From the sequence record OR050627.1: 64,000 bases of DNA. One strand, 5' to 3'. Below the pieces are notes generated by a model. That model worked only from the letters and a program-made list of their open reading frames with translations. It did no database searches and was not told where the DNA came from. Shown piece by piece: positions 18,417 through 28,522 of the stretch; the stretch's first letter is position 1, and each line of letters starts with the position of its first letter. A program made the position numbers and the translations under genes.

Positions 18417-19700
18417 ATGACAGCAAACGTACAAAACTTAGGAACTATTTTCGCAGATAAATTCAATGAAGTAATGGCTAACGAAGCTAACGTAACAAAA
18501 GCTTACCAGGTCATAGCTAAATTTTGTATAAGCCAAGCTAACCAGGCTGACGAAGATGACTCAGAAACTATAGCTTTCTGGAATGAAAAGGAAACATATT
18601 GCATGGACAAAGCTAAAGCCGGAGTTGCTAAAGTTGCAACTACTATCGAACGTTTCCAAAAGAACACTTCAAATTTCAAAACAGAATTTAAGTTTTCAAG
18701 CAAGGAGGAGCGAACAATTTACCAAAGATTCGTAGAGAACAAAGAAAACACTACTAACAAGTTAATGTACTACACAGTAACTGATGAAAATTTCAATTAC
18801 AGAACACAATCAGGCGTTTACTTCCATAACATGGTTAATGCAATCGTTGAGAGGTTCAATGAAATTTCAAACTACGAATTTGCAATCGTTGACAAGGAGT
18901 TCTTAGTAAACAACGAATTTGCAATTGACACTGAACTTGGTAGAAGATATGCGTATTATGTAGATACTGAGGACTTCCATGCATCTACAAAAGAACAAGT
19001 AGCATCAGTATATTCAAAAGTACATCCTGGATGTAGAGTATTCGTATCTTATGAAGCATTAGCCGAACATATCTCAACTTACATCAGATACAAAGCAATT
19101 TACATTCTTAGCGACCAGGCGTTTAATGCTTTACGTTACTTAGTAGATTCCATCGAAGTTGTTAAATGTCCAAACCTTGACTTAACAGAATTTGAAGAGG
19201 ACGGTTTAATTAGCCATGACTTCCAGGCATACGCAGAATTCTTAAGCTTCAGAAAATTCAACACTCAGCATTATACTAATTCGGAAACTGTGGAGGTAGA
19301 AGTTGAACAAAAACAGGAGTTCTTCTCTGACTTCATCAGATTCAAAACTACTGGAAAATCAGAGAAAAAGTCAGTAACAAAGGACATTACATATGATTTA
19401 ATTACAATTTCCAAACCGGCATCCAAGGTACCAGTATATAGATTTGCTAAAAGAATGAAGCAAAACCCAGGTACTAGACAAATCCTGATTCAGAATATCT
19501 TGCTAACATTGAACGAAAACTTACAATTGGAAAACATTGAAGTTATGCCAGAAGACTTTACGTTAAGCAACAACAAAGATTACGTAATGCATAGCCAACT
19601 TAACTCCATCATTACAATTGCTAACAGAGATGCTGATAGATTCCATGCAGGAACGTTAGAAGTGCTAACAAACATTTTGCAAATACAAATTAGAAAGTAA
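18417..19700 (+). CDS. Hypothetical early protein (427 aa)
   Basis: Long ORF with highly-expressed-type codons; promoter TATATTTG 18326-18333; hairpin terminator near 19760-19790. Confidence 0.75.
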   Translation: MTANVQNLGTIFADKFNEVMANEANVTKAYQVIAKFCISQANQADEDDSETIAFWNEKETYCMDKAKAGVAKVATTIERFQKNTSNFKTEFKFSSKEERTIYQRFVENKENTTNKLMYYTVTDENFNYRTQSGVYFHNMVNAIVERFNEISNYEFAIVDKEFLVNNEFAIDTELGRRYAYYVDTEDFHASTKEQVASVYSKVHPGCRVFVSYEALAEHISTYIRYKAIYILSDQAFNALRYLVDSIEVVKCPNLDLTEFEEDGLISHDFQAYAEFLSFRKFNTQHYTNSETVEVEVEQKQEFFSDFIRFKTTGKSEKKSVTKDITYDLITISKPASKVPVYRFAKRMKQNPGTRQILIQNILLTLNENLQLENIEVMPEDFTLSNNKDYVMHSQLNSIITIANRDADRFHAGTLEVLTNILQIQIRK

Positions 19701-19809
19701 GCTTTCAGCCAATACTGACACATAGCATTTTCATTGACATATAATTTTTAATTGATTTGCCTGGGTAGTCTATAAGATTGCCCAGGATTTTTAAACAAAC
19801 AAAACACTC

Positions 19810-20286
19810 ATGGAAACAATAACAGTCATAACGAGTCCAGTTCACAGAAGCATTTATGAAGTCAACATTGGCGTAAATAGCTACGACATTACGTATGCGC
19901 AACAAAGTGGAACGTCAATACATCGCAACAAGGCAACTAATGATTTGCTAGAACTAAATCCTGATGATGAAGCTAAGCTAGAATTTGTATGCACGTACTT
20001 TAACGCTTTACGTAACTGGCATTTTGCATACATTAGCGAAAACCTTGATATTAGCGTAGGCTCCTTAATAATACCAGATATTTTAAAGAACAAATTTATC
20101 AGCGAAGTACGTAAACATACGCTAACTGCTATGTATGGCACTATACAAATAATGCATTCAATGAATGTAAAAATAGAAGTTCCTCAATCTGAAGTAGTCG
20201 GCAGACCTTTGCTAAAATACGCCAAAGCTATCGACCACTATCACAATTACTGCAAACAGATACTTAAAAATAATGAACAAAACTAA
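19810..20286 (+). CDS. Hypothetical protein
   Basis: 158 aa, overlaps the DHFR start. Confidence 0.6.
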   Translation: METITVITSPVHRSIYEVNIGVNSYDITYAQQSGTSIHRNKATNDLLELNPDDEAKLEFVCTYFNALRNWHFAYISENLDISVGSLIIPDILKNKFISEVRKHTLTAMYGTIQIMHSMNVKIEVPQSEVVGRPLLKYAKAIDHYHNYCKQILKNNEQN

Positions 20287-20869
20287 ACATACTCCAAAGC
20301 TTATAGCTATTTTTGCTACAACGACTAATAACGTTATTGGCGATATCAAAGATGGCCAGCATATTATGCCATGGCCTAGAATTAGCCAGGATATGAAAAG
20401 ATTCCGCAAACTTACCGAAGGTAATGTAGTTATTATGGGACGTAACACTTGGGATAGCCTAGGCGATTATGCACCTTTGCCTAACAGAACTAACATAATT
20501 GTTTCGCGTACGTTACGCTACACGGATGTTATGCATCACCCAAACACTTACGTTTTTGACAGCATTGATGACGCTATAGCATATGCTAAGGAAATTTGTG
20601 AGACTAACGTACCTGAACTTCGTAGAAACGTTTACATTATGGGAGGCGCTCAAATATACAGGCAAACTGCAGATATTGTAGATCAAATTGAAGTTACTAA
20701 CATTATAACATGCCCTATTGTAGGTCCAGATACTGTAAAGTTCAATTCATTCGAGGCATACAAAGGATTTAAACGTACAGAAACATCGCCAGTGTATAAC
20801 ATGACGGATAAAAGTACAGGTAAAAAGTTGGATTTTTATTTCTATACGGAGGTACGCAATACCCAATAA
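20273..20869 (+). CDS. folA: Dihydrofolate reductase
   Basis: MPWPRISQDMKRFRKLTEGNVVIMGRNTWDSL, PLPNRTNIIVSR, YIMGGAQIY. Confidence 0.93.
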   Translation: MNKTKHTPKLIAIFATTTNNVIGDIKDGQHIMPWPRISQDMKRFRKLTEGNVVIMGRNTWDSLGDYAPLPNRTNIIVSRTLRYTDVMHHPNTYVFDSIDDAIAYAKEICETNVPELRRNVYIMGGAQIYRQTADIVDQIEVTNIITCPIVGPDTVKFNSFEAYKGFKRTETSPVYNMTDKSTGKKLDFYFYTEVRNTQ

Positions 20870-20936
20870 TTGCCTTAAATTTTTGTACTTTAATATAACT
20901 TAACAAAATAAAATTAATACACAGACAAACACGACA

Positions 20937-21599
20937 ATGGCAAAAATCTTAAAAGAAATTACGACTATCGACTTAGGCATAAAATATGCAGGTAAAGTAT
21001 CAAAGTCAATCACTGACACTTTTGCAGACAGGCTTAACAATGTTACAATTAACGCAATAGTAACTCAGTTTGTGCATTCACCAGAAGGCGCCAAAATTAT
21101 GTTCATGGGTGTTGGTAAAAATTCATACCTTTCGCATAAACTTGCGGCTACTTGTCAGTCACTTAACATTAATGCAAACTACTTTGATTCTGTGCATGCT
21201 ATGCATGGTGACTTAGGCGCTTTACGCCCAGGCGATATCGTTATAGCATTTTCAAAATCAGGCAAAACTGCAGAATTACTGCATACTTTGGCTTATTTAA
21301 AGAAGCACAAAAAACATTTTGGCGTAACTACAGTAGGCGTTTTTGCATCCGATGAAGGCTACAATTCCGAGGCAGTTACTTCAATGGAAATAACTAAAAC
21401 TACAGACTACCAAATTTTGCTTAGATCATGCCAAGAATTGGACGACAACAAAACAGTTCCTACTACATCGGCATTAGTTATGCAAGCAGTCGGCGACGTT
21501 ATAGCATTACAAATTGCTTCAACTAACGGGCTTACTACAGAACAATTCGGGCTTACTCATCCTGGTGGATTAATTGGCGCAATACATAACAAAGACTAA
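20937..21599 (+). CDS. SIS-domain sugar-phosphate isomerase (KdsD/arabinose-5-phosphate isomerase-like, no CBS domains)
   Basis: MGVGKNSYLSHKLAAT, AMHGDLG, FSKSGKTAEL, PTTSA, THPGG. Confidence 0.88.
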   Translation: MAKILKEITTIDLGIKYAGKVSKSITDTFADRLNNVTINAIVTQFVHSPEGAKIMFMGVGKNSYLSHKLAATCQSLNINANYFDSVHAMHGDLGALRPGDIVIAFSKSGKTAELLHTLAYLKKHKKHFGVTTVGVFASDEGYNSEAVTSMEITKTTDYQILLRSCQELDDNKTVPTTSALVMQAVGDVIALQIASTNGLTTEQFGLTHPGGLIGAIHNKD

Positions 21600-21627
21600 T
21601 GTGGCTGTATCGCATAAACATGAAATA

Positions 21628-21846
21628 ATGGCAAAGCTAAAGCATCATTATGAACAAACAGATCATTATGATGCTGAGCTTGCTAAGCTATGCAAAGAGC
21701 ATATTAAACCTCTATGGGATAAAGCTCTTTGGGAAGAATGTAAACGTGCAGTCTATGACTTTTACGAAGGCTTAGACATCTCGATGGAAAAATACATGAT
21801 ACTTGCAAATTTAAACCAACGAATCAGACGCAACAAACAACCATAA
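21628..21846 (+). CDS. Hypothetical protein
   Basis: Probable start at internal Met 21628. Confidence 0.5.
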   Translation: MAKLKHHYEQTDHYDAELAKLCKEHIKPLWDKALWEECKRAVYDFYEGLDISMEKYMILANLNQRIRRNKQP

Positions 21847-21852
21847 TAACAT

Positions 21853-22095
21853 ATGAAAAAATACGTAGTAGCTACTATGAACTTTTTTGACAACAAAATA
21901 ATTCAAAAAGTTGTAGAGGCGGAATCAGATATCGAAGCTGCAAAGAAATTTAGAGCTTCGCAATACAACAATGACGAAGACAACGCAAATGAGCTAGAAT
22001 TTCAGCAATCGCCAGATTATCCAAAGACAGTCGAAGAACTAGATCAATATTTGTTTAATGGCGACGAGCTAATTTCGGTCATTGAAATTGAATAA
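21853..22095 (+). CDS. Hypothetical acidic protein
   Basis: 80 aa; followed by terminator 22101-22124. Confidence 0.6.
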   Translation: MKKYVVATMNFFDNKIIQKVVEAESDIEAAKKFRASQYNNDEDNANELEFQQSPDYPKTVEELDQYLFNGDELISVIEIE

Positions 22096-22100
22096 TAAAC

Positions 22101-22124
22101 AAGCCGAGGACATCCTCGGCTTTT
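22101..22124 (+). terminator. Intrinsic terminator
   Basis: aagccgagga/tcctcggctt. Confidence 0.85.
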
Positions 22125-22161
22125 GTACATTTCTTAAAAATTTATGTCAAACTATTTTAGC

Positions 22162-22186
22162 ATGTCGTAAATTTTGTTTATATTTG
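22162..22186 (+). promoter_or_regulatory. Early/middle promoter ATGTC-N12-TATATTTG
   Basis: Upstream of the NTP-transferase-kinase gene. Confidence 0.8.
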
Positions 22187-22219
22187 TACTAACAACAATA
22201 AAATACATCTACATATAAC

Positions 22220-23962
22220 ATGACAAAAAAGAAATTTGAAAACTTAATTATTGTAGCATCTGGCGCAGGAACTAGAATGGCTGAGTATACGATGAACAAC
22301 ACAATTCCAAAGTTGTTAGTAAGTCTAGGAAACGAAACAATCTGGTCGTCTATGCTTAAAAATATTGACCAAGTAGCTGAGTATGTTTTTGTTGTAGCAA
22401 ATTCTAAGCACATTCCAATGCTTAAAGAGGTTGCAAAACTTACATATCCTGAACAATCAGAGGACATTATCTACGTCGAATACGATGAGCAAGATGGCAC
22501 TGCTAACACAATTTCAAAAGTAGTTTCTGACAGAATGATTGATGGTAATGCTTTGATAGTTTGGTCAGATATTCTTGAAGCTTCTACAGAATCTTTGCTA
22601 CCTCTTACTGGTGCGTTATCTAAGCTTAATGAATATGATGTAGAAAACCTGGAAATGGTAGTTATTACAGACAATCAGCCAAGACATCGATTTAAAATTG
22701 ATGGTCCAGTTATTGAAGAAGTTGCCGATGCTTCTGGTAACATAGTAGGCGCTTATGCTACTAACGAAATTGCAAAATTCGGAAATTGGTCAGGTTCTTA
22801 CGGTAGAGGTTTAAGGGATTTTAAATTTACTGGTGAAGTGTTGAGACATAACCAGGATTTTATTTCGCTAGTCAAAGTTATGCATGAACGTGATGATATT
22901 AGAACTATCAAAACTTTCAAAGCGGATTTTATTGACCTTGGAGATTCTGCAAAATACCAAGCTTACATGGCTTCCAAAGAGATCAAAACTCGTTACTTTA
23001 ATGCTTTGGAAATTGACACAGACAGTGTTACAAAACGTGCAATAAACACTAAAGGCAAAGAAGTCATGGCTAACGAGGCAGACTTCTACAATTTTATGGA
23101 ATATGCAGGCTTTGATTCTATGTTTGCAAAAGTTATTGAAATTATTGGCGATGACGCTAACTATATTGACTGCATAACATTAGAGAAGCTTGACAAAACT
23201 ATACATCAACATATTACTGAGCATTCAGCTACAAGCAAACAAAAAACTGCAAGATCATATGCTGCAAGGATAGCTTACAAAAACTTTAAGCAGTTTATGA
23301 AGCCTTTGCATACTGCAAATCCCGAGGACTTCATACAACAAATGGATTTTTCAGATGATGCGTTGTATAACGCTGCTTGGAAGGAATACATTGAAGTAAC
23401 TAGGTCTAGGTACGAATCAATCAAAGGATTGCTTTCGGCATCTGACGTTATAAGATTTAATGGCGAACCGGCGCCTAACTTTGACTATGTAATGGCTAAG
23501 TTAGAGGACTACTTAAAAAATGCAAATCCTCTTAGACTAGGCCTTATTCATGGTGACACTAATACTGCCAATGTTATGATGGATGCCAAAGGTGCTATGA
23601 AGCTTATTGACCCTCGTGGAGTTTTTGGTGACATGCAATATGCTGGTGATACTAATTATGACCTAGCTAAATTCATTTATGGATTGACAGGCTATACTGA
23701 CTTTAATGATTCTACAGACTTTAAAGTTAAAAAGGACGGTACTTCGTTATACTGTGAATTATTCAACAAATTGCCGTCGCCATGGTATGTTTGCCAGGAT
23801 AACGATGGTAACGATGATATCAATGCAGTTATCTTAGTAGGCTTAATTTGGCTTAAACTACCTGCTTACATTATCAACAATCCGCTAAAATCGTTAGTAG
23901 CTTATTACAAAGGCTTAACATTGCTAAACAAAGCATTGAATGAATACGAATTTGCAAGATAA
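22220..23962 (+). CDS. Fusion: NTP-transferase (sugar-phosphate nucleotidyltransferase) + APH/choline-kinase-like phosphotransferase
   Basis: N-terminal IIVASGAGTRM...IPKLL; C-terminal LIHGDTNTANVM, KLIDPRG, GDTNYDLAKF; own promoter 22162-22186. Confidence 0.85.
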   Translation: MTKKKFENLIIVASGAGTRMAEYTMNNTIPKLLVSLGNETIWSSMLKNIDQVAEYVFVVANSKHIPMLKEVAKLTYPEQSEDIIYVEYDEQDGTANTISKVVSDRMIDGNALIVWSDILEASTESLLPLTGALSKLNEYDVENLEMVVITDNQPRHRFKIDGPVIEEVADASGNIVGAYATNEIAKFGNWSGSYGRGLRDFKFTGEVLRHNQDFISLVKVMHERDDIRTIKTFKADFIDLGDSAKYQAYMASKEIKTRYFNALEIDTDSVTKRAINTKGKEVMANEADFYNFMEYAGFDSMFAKVIEIIGDDANYIDCITLEKLDKTIHQHITEHSATSKQKTARSYAARIAYKNFKQFMKPLHTANPEDFIQQMDFSDDALYNAAWKEYIEVTRSRYESIKGLLSASDVIRFNGEPAPNFDYVMAKLEDYLKNANPLRLGLIHGDTNTANVMMDAKGAMKLIDPRGVFGDMQYAGDTNYDLAKFIYGLTGYTDFNDSTDFKVKKDGTSLYCELFNKLPSPWYVCQDNDGNDDINAVILVGLIWLKLPAYIINNPLKSLVAYYKGLTLLNKALNEYEFAR

Positions 23963-23970
23963 AGCTTTGA

Positions 23971-24001
23971 AGCCAGAACGTTCTGAACGTTCTGGCTTTT
24001 T
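23971..24001 (+). terminator. Intrinsic terminator (AAGCC-AACGTT family)
   Basis: aagccagaacgtt ctg aacgttctggctttt; relatives at 26757, 50165, 61642 and 63169. Confidence 0.85.
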
Positions 24002-24052
24002 GCATTAACTGCTGAATATATAAATCATAACAATATAAACAAACATTACGTA

Positions 24053-26722
24053 ATGGCAAAATTTACAAAACTTGCTGGAGAAGTTGCTAAGCTTTACGAC
24101 GGTAAAGTTACTGGTAACACTATCAAATTTGACAGTGAGGACGACTTATTTAAAGCAGCTGATGAAATTGCTGATCAGTTTGCATTTACGATGGACCAGG
24201 ATAAACTGACCATTGAGTTCCTTAACGAAAACATCGACATTAAATTCCTTAAACAATTTGCATCTGCTATGGGCGTTAGCAAATTTACAAACGAATATGT
24301 CGGTAAACTTACTAAACAAATAGGTATTCAGCTTAATGAGACTGAAGTTGACACAGTTACTACATTACTAAACAAAGTAGAAAGTCCGGAATATCCTGAT
24401 GTTGCTAAAGTTGCAGCTGACCCAATGCAACAAATTGCAGATACAATTACAGCATCTACGTCAACAGGCGCTACATTAGACATTGTTGATGGCGAAAATT
24501 CTGCAAAGCAAATAGTTATTAGAACTGACGGCAAACTTATTGCAGCCACGCCTACTGACATCGTAGCAATCAATGAATCTGCTTACGTGCACTACGGAAT
24601 GCATCAACTTAATGAAAATGAGTACAACGCACTTAAAGCTTTGGCAGATGTTGAAGCTAAACGTAGATTCCTAACAAGCATGGGTATTCAAGACCTTGAC
24701 GCCGAATCAATTGCTAAGAACTTAGAGTTGCTTAAACCTCTACATCCTGACATGGATGCAAACGGACTACTTCCACTAAACGAAGCCAAAGTTGAAATTG
24801 AGGTTGGCGTTACTTACGCTAGCAAAGCTAATGATGCTTTGGAAGATGTTAAACATCTGTACAAAAAACTAAAGCAAAAAGCTTCAAACTCATGGGTTGT
24901 CAAAGACTATGACGTCAATGATATTGTAGAAACTTTAGAAAAAGCCGGAGTTCCTGCTAACGAAATTTACGTTAACGAGTCTACAAAAGACATGGACATA
25001 TACAACTTACAATCTAAAGTCGCGCTATTCTGTAAAAAGTCAGGACTTTCTGGAGCCGATGTACAAAAAGCTTTACTACTTGTTAACTTAGAAGCTAAAG
25101 AAGCTAAGCCTAATTTTAGCAAATACATTAACATCAAGGACAGTATGCTAAACGAATCTGCAGATGCTGAGGACGCTGAGGAAATGTTCGAACGTAAGAA
25201 CAAAGCTTACTCTAAGATGATTGAGCAAGATGGCTTAGCTAAAGAACTTTCAGAATTCCTTGCGTCTTTTGGCGAAAACACTAAAATTCCTAAGGATGGC
25301 TTAGTTGGTGAGTATGGCGAACTTTCTGCAGATTTGCAAGAAGGAATCAACAAATTCATGGAAGAGCGTGGTTATTTTGCTAATGAGTCTGACAGTACTA
25401 ACGAAGAAATTGAAAGTGTATACAAATTTGAGTCGATAAAAGATATTGAAGTTGCTGCAGCGGCTAAAGGATATGTTTGCAAAGGGCATTCAGGACAATC
25501 TGAGTCTTCTGACAAATACAAATTTGACATTCTAGCCAAAGGTGGCAAAAAATGTGCAATGGGTGTTTATGACAAAACTAAAAAGATTGCAATATTGGAT
25601 GTTAATGATGAACATAAAGGAACTTCATTACTTGAGGCTAAAATGATCAATGAGAGCGCAGGCATTGAAAACTTCTTTGCATCTATGGGCGCTACGTTCA
25701 GCAAAGAGTTACGTACAGATGGCACTTACAAATACCAAGTCACTGGCTTAGTAGGTTATGCTAATGAGGCTACTGAAGTGCCTAACACTGCCGATCTAAT
25801 TGCATTTGAGATTCTTAAACTATACGGAAACTTCAAAGAAGCTACAAGGCTTTCACGTTCAGTAGTTAAGCAAGCATTACGTAACGTTATTGACACGTTG
25901 AAAGTTGACGACTCTTGGTTAACTGACGAATCAAAGTTTATTTCGCTTTTTGAAGCTATCGACACTATGAGAGTAGACTTTGGCCTAATTGACGAATCAA
26001 TACCTCAGCAAGAAGCTAAAATTGCCGGAACTAAAGCTAAGATAGCAGAAATTAAATCAGAAGCTAAGGCTGCTTCAGCTAACGCATCTTCTAAAATTTC
26101 TACAGAAAAGGCTAAGCTTGCAAATGCTAAAGCTACTTTGAAAAACCTTAAAAAGTCAAAGTCGTTAAATGAATCTAAAGCACCTCAAGGTGTAGGCGGA
26201 AATGTTTACGTAGTACCAAACTCGTCTTTCCAAAATCCTTGGCTGACTCATAAACTTGAAACGTCACAAGGCATGAGAGGATATCAGTTTGCAAATCAAT
26301 TTAAGTCTAACATAGTTAACGCAGACATTATGGTTGACTATTATTTGCCTAAAGATGACAATGTTGTTAATGAAGTTGGTATGGATACGGAAGGAACTTC
26401 AAAACCGCAAAAATCTGAAATTATAGCTACGCCAGTTTCAATTTACATTAACGAAAACAACGTACTTTGTTTCAATGAAAATCCGATCCCTTCTGAAATT
26501 GCAGAAAACGGTCAAATTGGCTCAGTTGCACAATTCAAGGAATATGCTAAATACATTCTTGGAGGAGGCATTCCTGGTGCAGAATCTGCATGCGAAGAAG
26601 GCCCAGTAACTGAAGAGGATATTGCAAAAATTGACATTATTTGTGATGCATGCGGTGAAAACTATGGCGCTATGATGGGTAAATTTGATGATTATCTTAG
26701 TCAGAAAGCTTCCAATTGCTAA
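24053..26722 (+). CDS. Large acidic putative internal-head polyprotein
   Basis: 889 aa with 8 [ILVA]NE[SAG] motifs; late-like TATAAATC at 24019-24026. Confidence 0.65.
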   Translation: MAKFTKLAGEVAKLYDGKVTGNTIKFDSEDDLFKAADEIADQFAFTMDQDKLTIEFLNENIDIKFLKQFASAMGVSKFTNEYVGKLTKQIGIQLNETEVDTVTTLLNKVESPEYPDVAKVAADPMQQIADTITASTSTGATLDIVDGENSAKQIVIRTDGKLIAATPTDIVAINESAYVHYGMHQLNENEYNALKALADVEAKRRFLTSMGIQDLDAESIAKNLELLKPLHPDMDANGLLPLNEAKVEIEVGVTYASKANDALEDVKHLYKKLKQKASNSWVVKDYDVNDIVETLEKAGVPANEIYVNESTKDMDIYNLQSKVALFCKKSGLSGADVQKALLLVNLEAKEAKPNFSKYINIKDSMLNESADAEDAEEMFERKNKAYSKMIEQDGLAKELSEFLASFGENTKIPKDGLVGEYGELSADLQEGINKFMEERGYFANESDSTNEEIESVYKFESIKDIEVAAAAKGYVCKGHSGQSESSDKYKFDILAKGGKKCAMGVYDKTKKIAILDVNDEHKGTSLLEAKMINESAGIENFFASMGATFSKELRTDGTYKYQVTGLVGYANEATEVPNTADLIAFEILKLYGNFKEATRLSRSVVKQALRNVIDTLKVDDSWLTDESKFISLFEAIDTMRVDFGLIDESIPQQEAKIAGTKAKIAEIKSEAKAASANASSKISTEKAKLANAKATLKNLKKSKSLNESKAPQGVGGNVYVVPNSSFQNPWLTHKLETSQGMRGYQFANQFKSNIVNADIMVDYYLPKDDNVVNEVGMDTEGTSKPQKSEIIATPVSIYINENNVLCFNENPIPSEIAENGQIGSVAQFKEYAKYILGGGIPGAESACEEGPVTEEDIAKIDIICDACGENYGAMMGKFDDYLSQKASNC

Positions 26723-26902
26723 CAAAACGTTAAGCATAAATAACGTAACGACTACAAAAGCCTGAACTAACATAACGTTCAGGCTTTTAAAACGTTCTAC
26801 AACATTTTGCAAAAGCTTTACTTACGTTAAACCTTACTTACGTTAAGCTACATTTAGCAAAAGCCTAACAAAACGTATACATACTAAAACATAACAAATA
26901 CA

Positions 26903-28204
26903 ATGTCAAATTACATAAATGAAGCAATGTCACTTAATGGCAAAGTGGCATATAACGAAGGCCAAGTAGCTTTCAAAACTAACACTGCGTTCTCCATCAT
27001 ACAGCATTTAGCTTGGCAATACAACGACACTTACGTTGGTAGTGTTAAGACGATAAAAATGCCTTACGAAATTAAAGCCAAAGCAGTTAAGCAACTTTCA
27101 TTAAATGGAACTCCTTGCATTTTTAGAGAACTTGGTGAACTTGAAACATTCCAGTCTGTAGGTGAATTTGACTTCCTACAAATGGTTTATATGTTCACTG
27201 ACAAGCCTGAATTGCTACAATACATTGACCAGTCATACGTAGAATTTGGAATTTTCTTACAAAATGGCACATGGTGGTTTGTTGAAAAGCAGAACAACGC
27301 TAAGCTTTTTGAAGAAATTGACGAACTTAACGTTGGCTACTACAACCTAGATTTGCCAACAGCTAAGCTGCCAAAAACAATTTCTATGATTGATTCTGTT
27401 AGTCAAGGCAAAACTGCATTACGTACATATGCAAAAGACAATGCACTTACTGATTTTGTTATATCTACGTTTACTACGCCAATGGCAGTACAACTTAATG
27501 CGTATCCATCAATAGCTAAATTTGCATCATTTGCTCCAGATGCTAACGAATTTACTAACCAACTAATTTCTGTAGTTTTAAAAGAAGAAACGGAAGTTCC
27601 TTACTTACTTGACAAAACTTCCGAGCATATGGTATTGTTAATATGTGTAGATGGCGTAAACAAATGGTTCAAAATTTCAGCATCAGACGTTCTTGCTGCA
27701 ATTAGCAAAAATCAACAAAACTTTTTTGTAGATAGCGTTAAGAACTCACTAGAATCTAGCAGATTAAATGCTGGATTAAAATCAGATGACTTGTATGCAG
27801 CAATTAAACGTTTACGTGCGGTAGCATTATTCAACAATTTGCTACAAGATACTGGTTACTCTGGCTATTATTACGTTAAGAACAACTCACATACACTAAA
27901 GGCTGATGCTTTCAACAAATTCAGCATTAATTCTCAAGGTTATGTTAACCAGATTTTTAATGACAAGGACTTAGTGCTTTACAAGGACACTATAATTTCA
28001 TATAGCGTCGATCTTAAAGCAGGCATCGTAGTTATTGGCTATCCTGCGTTAAACCATACTTGCTATATAACGTCAATTGATCAGTTGCCAGAATTGCAAA
28101 ATGAATTCCTGGATGGCAATGCTAAACTGGACACAGTAGTTTCAATTTCCGACATCTACTTTAAGGACAACGGTTCCAAGAAAGGCGATGGCGGTAAAAA
28201 ATAA
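26903..28204 (+). CDS. Late protein of unknown function, with N-terminal YINE/A motif
   Basis: 433 aa; TATACATA at 26876-26883. Confidence 0.65.
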   Translation: MSNYINEAMSLNGKVAYNEGQVAFKTNTAFSIIQHLAWQYNDTYVGSVKTIKMPYEIKAKAVKQLSLNGTPCIFRELGELETFQSVGEFDFLQMVYMFTDKPELLQYIDQSYVEFGIFLQNGTWWFVEKQNNAKLFEEIDELNVGYYNLDLPTAKLPKTISMIDSVSQGKTALRTYAKDNALTDFVISTFTTPMAVQLNAYPSIAKFASFAPDANEFTNQLISVVLKEETEVPYLLDKTSEHMVLLICVDGVNKWFKISASDVLAAISKNQQNFFVDSVKNSLESSRLNAGLKSDDLYAAIKRLRAVALFNNLLQDTGYSGYYYVKNNSHTLKADAFNKFSINSQGYVNQIFNDKDLVLYKDTIISYSVDLKAGIVVIGYPALNHTCYITSIDQLPELQNEFLDGNAKLDTVVSISDIYFKDNGSKKGDGGKK

Positions 28205-28266
28205 ACAGTAATTTAATATGCCGAATATGCTTAGACTTCGCACAAATCATTCGGTTTTCTTAAATC

Positions 28267-28290
28267 AAAGCAGGCTTCGGCCTGCTTTTT
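28267..28290 (+). terminator. Intrinsic terminator with C(UUCG)G loop
   Basis: aaagcaggc ttcg gcctgcttttt. Confidence 0.88.
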
Positions 28291-28302
28291 AAAGCTTAAA
28301 GC

Positions 28303-28521
28303 ATGACACATATACACATAACAGATTCCTGGATAATTAAAAACGTTAACAATCCAGAGTTAGTATTAGAACGTTTTGAAGCGTCTGAAGTAGTTTATGC
28401 TACAACTAAACTTACGCAAAGCATAGATAACGTAATTGCTAACAAAACGTTATTACGTAAAGACGTTATACATACAATATCAAACATAATCAAACAATAC
28501 CACAAAGAACTGTACTCATAA
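28303..28521 (+). CDS. Hypothetical protein
   Basis: 72 aa, directly upstream of the Ntn-hydrolase gene. Confidence 0.5.
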   Translation: MTHIHITDSWIIKNVNNPELVLERFEASEVVYATTKLTQSIDNVIANKTLLRKDVIHTISNIIKQYHKELYS

Positions 28522-28522
28522 T

